The notes under the pieces are model-generated. The model ran no database searches, was not told the DNA's origin, and worked only from the letters and a program-made list of their open reading frames with translations. Source: Pseudomonadota bacterium (GTDB lineage: Bacteria > Desulfobacterota > DSM-4660 > Desulfatiglandales > B25-G16). From it: 46,859 nt of DNA. The translations under genes were made by a program, and so were the position numbers. The stretch spans positions 1 through 46,859 of the forward strand of contig JAUVXZ010000002.1 of NCBI GenBank assembly GCA_030603345.1, in the 5' to 3' direction. This document shows, piece after piece, positions 34,539 to 42,328 of this stretch (position 1 is its first letter; each line of letters opens with the position of its first letter).

Positions 34539-35069
34539 CTAGAAGATGCTCTCTCCCTGTGCTATAGCAATAATCGCAGGGAGCCCTTTGACTTCCAGTT
34601 CATAGAGGGCCTCCATTCCCTCTTCCTTAAATGCCACGATCCGCTGATAAAGGATTCTATCTGAGAACAGAGCGCTGACAGGGGGTGTGATGGCAAAAAG
34701 GGAATTATAATTCTCCAGCTCGAAAACGGTTCTTGCGCTTAAGGAACCCTTTCCCACATGGATCTTTACACCCGCCTTTGCAAGGGCAGGAATACTTCGT
34801 TCGATTTCAACCTTGTTGCTCGTCGTGGGGCCAATGCCAGCAAGGCTTACCGCTGTATGGAAGATGACTGCTCCCTTCAGGTTTATGGCTATGGTGCCCA
34901 AGGTATCATTCTCGATTAGCCTCACCAGTTTGGGCAGAATAGCGTCCCTTCCGCAGTAGATAATCCCATGGATCTCAATTCTGTCACCTATCTCCAGCCT
35001 TTCGGTTTCGTTCTCACCGATTGGTGTCTGAACCTTAATCGTTCCCTTTTCTTTTCCAGATTTTTTCAT
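34539..35069 (-). CDS. Fe-S hydro-lyase, class I fumarase / tartrate dehydratase beta-type subunit
   Basis: 176 aa. 'IHGIIYCGRDAILPKL' and 'KIHVGKGSLS' resemble the TtdB/FumB C-terminal domain. It lies directly upstream of the alpha-type subunit. Confidence 0.8.
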   Translation of the reverse strand: MKKSGKEKGTIKVQTPIGENETERLEIGDRIEIHGIIYCGRDAILPKLVRLIENDTLGTIAINLKGAVIFHTAVSLAGIGPTTSNKVEIERSIPALAKAGVKIHVGKGSLSARTVFELENYNSLFAITPPVSALFSDRILYQRIVAFKEEGMEALYELEVKGLPAIIAIAQGESIF

Positions 35070-35073
35070 CCTG

Positions 35074-35787
35074 CTATGCTGTCATCTCCGCAACCGCTGC
35101 ACCTCTGGTGGCTTGCAGTTCTCTATATCTCGTTTCAAGCTCTGGCTTGTCGGAGGCCTTTAGTTTCTCTATTTCATCCTTAAACTTATCCTCTGCTATC
35201 TCAGTCAACCTCTGCTTCAAGTGAGGAGCTGGTGGGATCACGTGTTTTCCGTACATCCTCCTTATGAGTAAGGCGATATTGAAGGGAGATAGTTCAGCGG
35301 GACAACGCGCTGCACACATCCCACACATTATGCATTCCATAGAAAGCTCAACTACTTTTGCAAAATCCCCACGGATCGCCGCAGACACATAACTCATTAC
35401 TTCTAGGTCCATTGGGCACGACTTGGTGCAGGCATTACACCCCATACATTTCAGGAGCTCGGGATAGAGCCTGATAATGTTAGAATCAGTTAGGGGTGTA
35501 TTTTTGATTGTATAGAGCGCTTTATTTGCGGATGTGTAAGGAAGTTGAACCAAGTCCATATCTGGCTCTACCACGGTCTGACAGGCCAGACCGACGTTGA
35601 TCTTGTAGTCACCCTTCTTCCTATAGACTGTCACGCAGGCGCCGCAGACACCACCCCGGCAGCCACATCCCCTTTTCAGCATATAGCCGGAAAATTCCAA
35701 TGCCTTCTGAATGGTCAGCCCCCGCGGTACCTCGTATTTCCTTCCCATCACGTAGATAGGTATCATTTTAATGATATCGTTTAGCAT
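35074..35787 (-). CDS. Succinate dehydrogenase / fumarate reductase iron-sulfur subunit-like protein
   Basis: A 2Fe-2S-like 'CGCRGGVCGACV' is followed by two ferredoxin motifs, 'CMGCNACTKSCP' and 'CIMCGMCAARCP'. The gene starts 3 nt after the flavoprotein gene. Confidence 0.8.
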   Translation of the reverse strand: MLNDIIKMIPIYVMGRKYEVPRGLTIQKALEFSGYMLKRGCGCRGGVCGACVTVYRKKGDYKINVGLACQTVVEPDMDLVQLPYTSANKALYTIKNTPLTDSNIIRLYPELLKCMGCNACTKSCPMDLEVMSYVSAAIRGDFAKVVELSMECIMCGMCAARCPAELSPFNIALLIRRMYGKHVIPPAPHLKQRLTEIAEDKFKDEIEKLKASDKPELETRYRELQATRGAAVAEMTA

Positions 35788-35789
35788 CC

Positions 35790-37433
35790 TTAGGCTCTAA
35801 AAGGCTCTTTAGTATACTGTACCATCATCAGGGCCTTTTCAAAACGGTAATCGGGAAGGAGCATCGGCGAAACTGTGTCGGTAGTAGTCTGTTCTTCCAG
35901 CAACAGTTCATTATATGCCTTTAGATGCTCAAGGGACAACTTCCTGATCTTGGTTTTATTGATCCTCTGTGCTGCATACTCTCCAGTTCTACGTCCAAAG
36001 ACAAAAATATCTACCAAGGAGTTTGATCCCAACCGGTTGTGACCATGGACACCGCCTTGTACCTCACCAATTGCATAAAGATTGGGAACATCGGTCTCGC
36101 AGTGCACATCAGTTTGGATTCCTCCATTTTGATAGTGCTGCGTTGGATAGACTAAAATAGGATCTTTGATGGGGTCGATATCATATTTCTGAAACCGTTT
36201 GTGAATCCCTGCGAACCTTCTTAAGAACGTTCCATCCCGGCCTATTACGTCTATGAGTGGAGTGTCGAGCCACACCCCAACCATTCCGGTAGGGGTCAAA
36301 ACCCCTTTACCCCTTTCCCCGCATTCCCGGATAATCGCGGCAGACAAGGCATCTCTCGTTTCCAGCCGGTCGACAAACATCTCACCGTCGACGTTCACCA
36401 CTTGGGCTCCTTGAGCCCTAAGCGCCTCAGAAACGAGGAGGCCCAGCATCTGCTCAGGCCAGGCAACGCCTGTGGGATGATATTGAATATAGTCAATGTA
36501 CAGCAGTTTGGACCCTGCCCTATAGGCCATTATCAATCCATCTGCGGTTGCCCCGTAATGATTGGACGTTGGAAATCCCTGTGGATGTAAACGCCCTATG
36601 CCTCCTGTGGCAATAATGGTGGTTTTGGCTTCAACAACGATATACTGATCCGTGTCAAAGTTTAGCAGCACGGACCCTGCGCATTTTCCCTGATCATCTA
36701 AGACGAGTTCAACAGCAGGGCTAAATTCCAAGACATTGATTTCCTGGTTGCGAATTTCATCGCAAAGAACCCTCATGATCTCCAAGCCGGTAAGGTCCTT
36801 TACTGAATGAGATCTTCTCCGGGAATGTCCAGCAGGCATGTGGGTGAAGTAGGTGCCATCAGGAAGCCGATCAAAATTAACACCCAGATTCGTGAGCCAC
36901 TCCACAATGAAGGGAGCATCCTGCACTAACGCTTCAACCAATTCGGGAATGTTTTTGAACCTTCCGCCTACCACGGTATCGATGTAATGGATGGCAGGTG
37001 AATCCTCAGGTAATGTTGCTGCACCGATGCCACCCTCAGCCATGATCGTGTTTGAGTCACCCAGTCTCAATTTTGTCGCTATTAATACTTCTGCTCCGTG
37101 TTCTTTCGCGGTCAAGGCGGCAGTTAGCCCCGCCCCACCGGAACCAACAACCAATATGTCCGTCTTATAGTCTACCTTTGTTAGGTCAATGATATCGGGA
37201 TTAAGTCGGCCGGGAGATTCCAATAAATCCACCAATTCTTTAGGAGCTGAATCTCCCTTGTTTGACCCCACCCGAATCTGCCTTTTTTCGGCTGGACGGA
37301 AATCAGGATGGTAGGTCTCCAATAATGTGGTCTTTTCAGCAAAATCTAGTCTCGGGAAAGTCTGCTCCCTGCGGAGACGCCGTGAGGCCTCTACTTTTTT
37401 GAGAGAGCCTTGCATTTCAGGTGGATAAGCCAT
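35790..37433 (-). CDS. Succinate dehydrogenase / fumarate reductase / L-aspartate oxidase-type FAD flavoprotein, with a ~90-aa N-terminal extension
   Basis: 'ILVVGSGGAGLTAALTAKEHG' and 'GVHGHNRLGSNSL' match the family 'GANRLGGNSL'. 547 aa. No strong SD precedes the ATG at 37433, so the exact start is uncertain. Confidence 0.8.
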   Translation of the reverse strand: MAYPPEMQGSLKKVEASRRLRREQTFPRLDFAEKTTLLETYHPDFRPAEKRQIRVGSNKGDSAPKELVDLLESPGRLNPDIIDLTKVDYKTDILVVGSGGAGLTAALTAKEHGAEVLIATKLRLGDSNTIMAEGGIGAATLPEDSPAIHYIDTVVGGRFKNIPELVEALVQDAPFIVEWLTNLGVNFDRLPDGTYFTHMPAGHSRRRSHSVKDLTGLEIMRVLCDEIRNQEINVLEFSPAVELVLDDQGKCAGSVLLNFDTDQYIVVEAKTTIIATGGIGRLHPQGFPTSNHYGATADGLIMAYRAGSKLLYIDYIQYHPTGVAWPEQMLGLLVSEALRAQGAQVVNVDGEMFVDRLETRDALSAAIIRECGERGKGVLTPTGMVGVWLDTPLIDVIGRDGTFLRRFAGIHKRFQKYDIDPIKDPILVYPTQHYQNGGIQTDVHCETDVPNLYAIGEVQGGVHGHNRLGSNSLVDIFVFGRRTGEYAAQRINKTKIRKLSLEHLKAYNELLLEEQTTTDTVSPMLLPDYRFEKALMMVQYTKEPFRA

Positions 37434-37482
37434 ATTGCCATCATCGTTTGCAAAGTCAAATTTGCCAAAGTCTTTATATAGA

Positions 37483-37511
37483 TATATATATAACTAAACA
37501 AGCTAAATCAA
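37483..37511 (-). promoter_or_regulatory. Candidate sigma70-type promoter for the long minus-strand operon
   Basis: On the minus strand: TTGATT (37511-37506), a 17-nt spacer, then TATATA (37488-37483). It lies about 50 nt upstream of the flavoprotein ATG. The -10 element is within a (TA)n run, so its register is ambiguous. Confidence 0.3.
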
Positions 37512-37678
37512 GAAGAAAGTTAATAGACATATTCCACCCATATCAAATCCATTCCCGGGAACATCAACAACTTTTCACTGATAATACATTTGCTGCATCT
37601 ATCAGTTTCCGACTTGTAATGACCTTCCCTTGAATACCACCCCAGTTGTATAAATTTATTGCATAGGAATTTCCTTTT

Positions 37679-37805
37679 GGACGCAGATGAACGCAGACCC
37701 GCTTGCCATCGCCACACTCAGGCATTAGCGGGCAGGTTATTAGGATTTTGAATATGAAAGACTAATAGAAAAAATATCTGCGTGTATCGGCGAAAATTTG
37801 CGTCC
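37679..37805. repeat. Nested inverted-repeat element (~127 bp): structured RNA or MITE-like remnant
   Basis: The outer pair is GGACGCAGAT (37679-37688) with ATTTGCGTCC (37796-37805), matching 9 of 10. The second tier is ACGCAGA (37691-37697) with TCTGCGT (37777-37783). The inner hairpin is CCCGCT (37698-37703) with AGCGGG (37727-37732). ACGCAGA occurs twice in direct repeat. Confidence 0.4.
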
Positions 37806-38138
37806 TAATTAAGCTAGTTTCTTTACCGGGTTGAGAAAAATAGTCTGGTCCGAGAGTTACCTATGTGGCGGGTATTCATTGATTCTGAAATCTGAACTAA
37901 TGCATCACGGTGAGGGGCAATACGAGCTCCAAAGCTTTCGTAAAGTGCTTGATTCCATTGGTCAGCCTGTCATAGATTCATTAGCATCTCCAACTATTTT
38001 GGACACTCAGGGGACAAAGAGGCAAGATTCTGGTAAGTGCGTATTCGATAGCATATATCCATGCCACAAGGTATTTACGATATTCAACGCATTGACGCTG
38101 AGCATTATATAGTTAAAAGAATAAGTACTGTATACATT

Positions 38139-38903
38139 TTATTTATCCTGATGTATCCAGATGCTGCCCTGTTTTCTTTTGACACTCTTTAGGCGAACAA
38201 TATATTTGTACAAGTCCCCCCGATATGAGGACTGAACCACTTCAACTGGTTTCCGATTTTTAGCATACATAATTCTTTCAACAAATAAAATTGGTGATCC
38301 GGAGGGAATTCCTAATTTATGTGCCACTTCTTGGTCTGCAAAGGAGGCTTCGATAGTTTGAAATGCTTCGGTAAATCGAATCCCCAGGTCTTGTTCCATG
38401 ATCTGCAACAATGGCTTTCTATATAGGTCCGTTTCCTTGATTTTACTGCCAATCTCAATGGGGAGATAATTTATAGTGTAAGCAAAAGAATTTTCCAGTA
38501 AGAATCGGACCCGTTTGATTTGTACAACCTCATCGTGTTCGCTACGTAATCTGAGCTTCTCCTTTATCGGTTGTGGTGGTAACATTCTGGCCATCGTCAC
38601 CCATTTTGTTTTGGACTTCGATATTTGGTAGAAGAGGTCGTCCATAAATCCACTAAATTCTAGACTGAAACTATTTATTAAATTTTCATCCCTAGTTACG
38701 AATGTGCCCTCACCTCTCTTGCTGCTTAGAAAGCCTTCTTGAATTAGGTGAGAAATAGCCTGACGAACTGTTAATCTGCTAACATTAAATCTCTTCGAAA
38801 GTTCATTTTCAGAGGGGATCTTATCCCCTGGTTCATATTCCCTGTTAATGATCCAATTCTTAATAGTCTGCTTGATCTGATAATAGACAGGTAAGAGGGT
38901 CAT
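38139..38903 (-). CDS. GntR-family transcriptional regulator, HutC/UTRA subfamily
   Basis: Winged-helix N-terminus 'IPSENELSKRFNVSRLTVRQAISHLIQEGFL..KRGEGTFV' plus a ~170-aa UTRA-like effector domain. AGGAGG lies 6 nt upstream of the ATG. Confidence 0.85.
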   Translation of the reverse strand: MTLLPVYYQIKQTIKNWIINREYEPGDKIPSENELSKRFNVSRLTVRQAISHLIQEGFLSSKRGEGTFVTRDENLINSFSLEFSGFMDDLFYQISKSKTKWVTMARMLPPQPIKEKLRLRSEHDEVVQIKRVRFLLENSFAYTINYLPIEIGSKIKETDLYRKPLLQIMEQDLGIRFTEAFQTIEASFADQEVAHKLGIPSGSPILFVERIMYAKNRKPVEVVQSSYRGDLYKYIVRLKSVKRKQGSIWIHQDK

Positions 38904-39277
38904 GCTGTTCCTCCTTTCCCTAAGTTCTACGAGGATTCTTTATTTGACCTTTACCTTGCATTCCAAGTTCGATAAAGACCAGCAAATGTCTCTTATTTTA
39001 CAGTATTAGCAGTATTGACTAATTCTCCGAGCATAAAAAGAAGAAAATCTCTTTGTATCTAGATGGCCACTTATTCTACCAAAGGGGCGAGCCATTCACA
39101 ACCTCACTTCAATGAGAATTTCACTAAAGGATTTTCCACTTCCTTAAAAGTATGGTTATGCGGATATGTTATCATTCATTTTTTTGTTTTTTGTCAATAA
39201 GTAATATCGGTGTTGTCAGATAGAAATCATGAATCGACCTTTGATTCAAAAACAGTAACGCTTTTTGTCACAGAGTT

Positions 39278-39306
39278 TTGAATTTCTCCTTTGAACGTTT
39301 TATAAT
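39278..39306 (+). promoter_or_regulatory. Candidate sigma70-type promoter upstream of PrpD paralogue 7
   Basis: TTGAAT (39278-39283), a 17-nt spacer, then TATAAT (39301-39306). This would leave a ~180-265 nt leader. Confidence 0.35.
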
Positions 39307-39571
39307 TTGTGGTAGCGTCTTAAAGGAACACTCTGTCTGATTTGTTTTTTCATTTCAATATGTTAATTCATAACAAGAAGGAGCCCCTTGCCACTTTAAT
39401 ACATCTGGAAGCATTATTTTTTGCCCGTTTACCTTGTAGGTATGCTAGGAAATTTGAATTGTGGAATTTTAACCAAGAGGTTTTACTATGTCCAAGAATG
39501 GTACTACGTCAGAAGGAACGAGGCATTACTCCCAGCGACCAAAGCTAGAGTCAGGCGCCGGAGAAGCCCAT

Positions 39572-40942
39572 ATGGGTGACCGCAGGCGTGCTTTGGATGT
39601 CACGAGAAAGCTAGCCAAATTTGTCCATGACTTGCATATTAGTGACCTGAGCCAAGAGGTATGTAACCAGGGACTTCGGGTTATTCGTGACACCCTTGGG
39701 ACAATGCTCGCCGGCGCTGTGCTGCCTGAGGTAAGGGGCCTGGCAGAAATGGTGAACACCCTGGGCTGTTCAGGTCGGTCTACCCTCATGGGACGTCAAG
39801 AGACAGTGAGCCCACATGTTGCCGCTCTGGTTAATGGCACAGGTGCTGTATCCTTAGAGTTAGACGAAGGTAACCAATTTGCAATTAATCATCCAGCAGT
39901 GCATATCTTGCCAGCCGCACTGGCGCTAGCAGAGGAACAGAGGCAATCGGGCGCCGAATTGCTGACAGCCTTCATCGCTGGATACGAGGTTGCCGTTCGT
40001 GTTGGGCGAGCAACGCACCTTCGTGAGGCAGTACACCCCTTTGGCACGCACGCTATTATGGGTGTGGCAGCGGCGGCCTGCCGGTTGCTTGGCCTTGATG
40101 TGGAGCAGACGGCCCAGACCTTAGATCTGGCAGCAGGTATGTGCATTGCTTCTTCGCAGACAGCTGCAAACACAGGTGCATCTGTTCGTAACCTGGTCAC
40201 GGGCCTAACTAACCATAATGGCTTGCTGGCGCCCTTGCTCGTGGGGGCTGGCTTTACAGGCGAGCCAGGTTCGTTGAATGTGGTGTTCGGACGCATCCTG
40301 GGTGATTCTTTTAAGGATGGTGGATTGGGGGAAGACCTCGGCCGGGAGTTCTACATTAACCGCAATTACTTCAAACTCTATGCCTGTAGCCGATGGAACC
40401 ATGCGCCCATAGAGGCCATGGCCGCTCATCTTGCTCGGACTCCATTTGAGGCGGAGGATGTTGAGGAGATTACAGTTTGGACTTACGATCCGGCTACCCG
40501 TTTGAGTTGGGGTGATCCACCCAATGGCTATGCGGCAAAACATTCGATACCATACAATGTTGCGGTTAGGCTAGTACGCGGCACTAACGATCTAGAGGCC
40601 TATTCAGAAGAGGTTGTATCCGACCCCCAGGTTCAGGCGGTTGCCAGGCGTGTGGTCGTTCGGGAGGATCCTAAGCTGACAGCAATGCTGCCTGACGTGA
40701 GGCCTGCCCGAGTCGAAGTTAAGCTGCGGAACGGAAGTATACTGACTGAGAGCGTTGAACGGCCACGTGGGGGGTTTGACAGGCCTTTAACAGAAGAGGA
40801 ATTGAAGACTAAATTCCATCGTCTCGCACGCATTGCCCTACCGGAGCATGCGGTGGAAGGACTAGAAAAAATGCTGGTGAACCTGTTGGAGTTGGAGGAT
40901 ATAATCTTGCTCAGCCCCTTTTTGCAGGGAGTGAAGACTTGA
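39572..40942 (+). CDS. MmgE/PrpD family protein, paralogue 7 (same subtype as 3-5)
   Basis: Motifs 'LDEGNQFAINHPAVHILP', 'HPFGTHAIMG' and 'KHSIPYNVA'. The ATG at 39572 (GGAGAAG upstream) gives an N-terminus matching the other paralogues in length. The alternative start at 39488 (AGAGG upstream) would add 28 aa. Confidence 0.8.
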   Translation: MGDRRRALDVTRKLAKFVHDLHISDLSQEVCNQGLRVIRDTLGTMLAGAVLPEVRGLAEMVNTLGCSGRSTLMGRQETVSPHVAALVNGTGAVSLELDEGNQFAINHPAVHILPAALALAEEQRQSGAELLTAFIAGYEVAVRVGRATHLREAVHPFGTHAIMGVAAAACRLLGLDVEQTAQTLDLAAGMCIASSQTAANTGASVRNLVTGLTNHNGLLAPLLVGAGFTGEPGSLNVVFGRILGDSFKDGGLGEDLGREFYINRNYFKLYACSRWNHAPIEAMAAHLARTPFEAEDVEEITVWTYDPATRLSWGDPPNGYAAKHSIPYNVAVRLVRGTNDLEAYSEEVVSDPQVQAVARRVVVREDPKLTAMLPDVRPARVEVKLRNGSILTESVERPRGGFDRPLTEEELKTKFHRLARIALPEHAVEGLEKMLVNLLELEDIILLSPFLQGVKT

Positions 40943-41242
40943 GACATGTCTTCGCAAATTTGAGGCCAGGGTTTGGCGAAAAGACAAGCGGAATCCCATA
41001 TCTTTTAGCGCGCGTTGTACCCCTTCGGGAGTTTCATCTTCCCCTCTAAGCATCTTCAAGGCTAAGAGCGGACTTTGCAGTCGCAGTAAGTGCTCAAGTT
41101 CCTAGTCCTGTTTATGCATCTGCCCTAAATCAGTCATCCTTCACCTCGAACCACTTCGAAGACCAAATTCGCTCTGCCCCTTACAGGGCTGGTGATGACC
41201 AGAGCGGTTTGACTCCTGGAGGATTCTGATCCTGATTGACGG

Positions 41243-42328
41243 TTACAATCTCCGGCCTGTAAGAAAATAGTACTTGAGGTCTTCCAGACTCAATTTAGAC
41301 AGCCCAAGGTTTTCTAGAGAGCGCCCAGTGGAGTAATAGTCTGTATCATTGACTACGGAGGCAATATGGATTATCGATTCATACGTAGGCATCGGCACCC
41401 CAGCCTTTCGACCTAATGAGAGGGTGAGGGTGGCTCCCATCGGGATGTCTTCAATGATGTAGCGGTCCTGTATGCTGAACGGTCCCTTGCTTGATGTGAC
41501 CGCGAACTGGGCGATGTCCATATTGAAAGAATCCCTAAAGATCTCATCATAGGTGTAGGGAGAGTACCCTAATGCTCTAAAGAGGGCCATTCTTTCAGCA
41601 TCCATCTGGTAGATTACCTTCTTGACCGAGGGCGTGAGACCCTCCTTGTACATCCAGAACTCTCCCTTGCTGTATTCGATGCGTCCCATATTGAGCAGGG
41701 CCCCGACAGGATGGACAATAATGTTGCAGTTGTAAAGTGCAGGTTCAAGGACGCTCACTGCTGGCCGAACAACATTCGCGTAAACGCCTTCTAAGGCTTC
41801 CAGGACGGCTGGGGTATCTGCGGCTGGCAGAGTTGCTAGCAGCATGCGCGGGCCGTCCACCCGGTGGATGTTGACCGTGCCCGGTCCTTCTAGGCGGCGA
41901 CAGCAGTAAGGAAACGTGACGGCCTCTGCTAAGAAGACGCGGTGACTCATTCCCAGCTCGTCCCATACCTTCCGAAAAACGAAGGTCCCTCCACTGCCGG
42001 GCCATAAAACTACTGCCTGACCATCCGAAAGGTGTGGTGCCACCTCCCGGGCGACCCGTTCATGGATGAGGGCTTGGGTCGTAACCATGATGAGATCTGC
42101 CCCCTTAACGGCTTCCGAAAGATCCAAAGTTGCCAGACCGACTTTGGCAAATCCCGTTCGGGCGATTCCGGTCACATGAATGCCTCCCTCGGAAATGATA
42201 GGTCTCAGGTTATCGGCATACTCAGGAAACTCAAACAGCCGACAGCGATGCCCCGCCAGACTCATATCAGCAGCCATCGCTGAGCCACCATTTCCGGCGC
42301 CAATGATACAGATTTCTTTAGGATCCAT
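41243..42328 (-). CDS. NAD(P)-dependent octopine/nopaline (opine) dehydrogenase family protein
   Basis: 'ICIIGAGNGGSAMAADMSLAGH' is a Rossmann N-terminus. The length and the C-terminal helical domain are typical of opine dehydrogenases. I prefer the ATG at 42328 (9 nt after GGAGG) to the track TTG at 42349. Confidence 0.7.
   Translation of the reverse strand: MDPKEICIIGAGNGGSAMAADMSLAGHRCRLFEFPEYADNLRPIISEGGIHVTGIARTGFAKVGLATLDLSEAVKGADLIMVTTQALIHERVAREVAPHLSDGQAVVLWPGSGGTFVFRKVWDELGMSHRVFLAEAVTFPYCCRRLEGPGTVNIHRVDGPRMLLATLPAADTPAVLEALEGVYANVVRPAVSVLEPALYNCNIIVHPVGALLNMGRIEYSKGEFWMYKEGLTPSVKKVIYQMDAERMALFRALGYSPYTYDEIFRDSFNMDIAQFAVTSSKGPFSIQDRYIIEDIPMGATLTLSLGRKAGVPMPTYESIIHIASVVNDTDYYSTGRSLENLGLSKLSLEDLKYYFLTGRRL

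Noticed and set aside
37482-37492. Short (TA)n runs here and at 44656-44666, as possible microsatellites or phase-variation tracts.
   Set aside because: Each has only ~5-6 repeat units and both lie in AT-rich promoter-like DNA. They are better explained as -10-like sequence than as contingency repeats.
37679-37805. Resemblance on the minus strand ('AACCUGCCCGCUAAUGCCUGAGUG') to the 'CCUGAUCUGGAUAAUGCCAGCG' and 'CUGAGA' parts of the TPP riboswitch.
   Set aside because: The pairing pattern does not reproduce the TPP P4/P5 hairpin. The pyrimidine-sensor helix elements are missing, and the downstream genes have no link to thiamine. I keep it only as an unclassified structured element.
37520-38100. 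Possible TnpB/IS605 remnants on the minus strand: 'HYKSETDRCSKC' (37520-37717 ORF) resembling the 'YTSQTCSKCG' zinc-finger region, and 'LSVNALNIVN' (~38060-38090) resembling 'DVNAALNIL'.
   Set aside because: The two motifs are in the wrong order for a single TnpB. Each is only a 5-7 residue resemblance, the catalytic Asp is absent, and no RuvC-I/II segments or TnpA are visible. The evidence is insufficient to call a mobile element.
39342-39548. A 68-aa ORF in the leader of PrpD paralogue 7, as a possible upstream regulatory peptide.
   Set aside because: It has no SD and an arbitrary composition, and it overlaps the alternative start region of the PrpD gene. Nothing supports translation.
40862-41141. 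Minus-strand reading frame 'MTDLGQMHKQD-TAG-ELEHLLRLQSPLLALKMLRGEDETPEGVQRALKDMGF...'. It has a possible SD (GAGGTG) and an in-frame TAG. I briefly considered a stop-codon read-through or pyrrolysine-type gene, or a decayed regulator.
   Set aside because: There is no recognisable domain. The downstream part runs antisense into the 3' end of PrpD paralogue 7. An 11-codon ORF followed by TAG is most simply chance, and nothing in the window suggests Pyl machinery.
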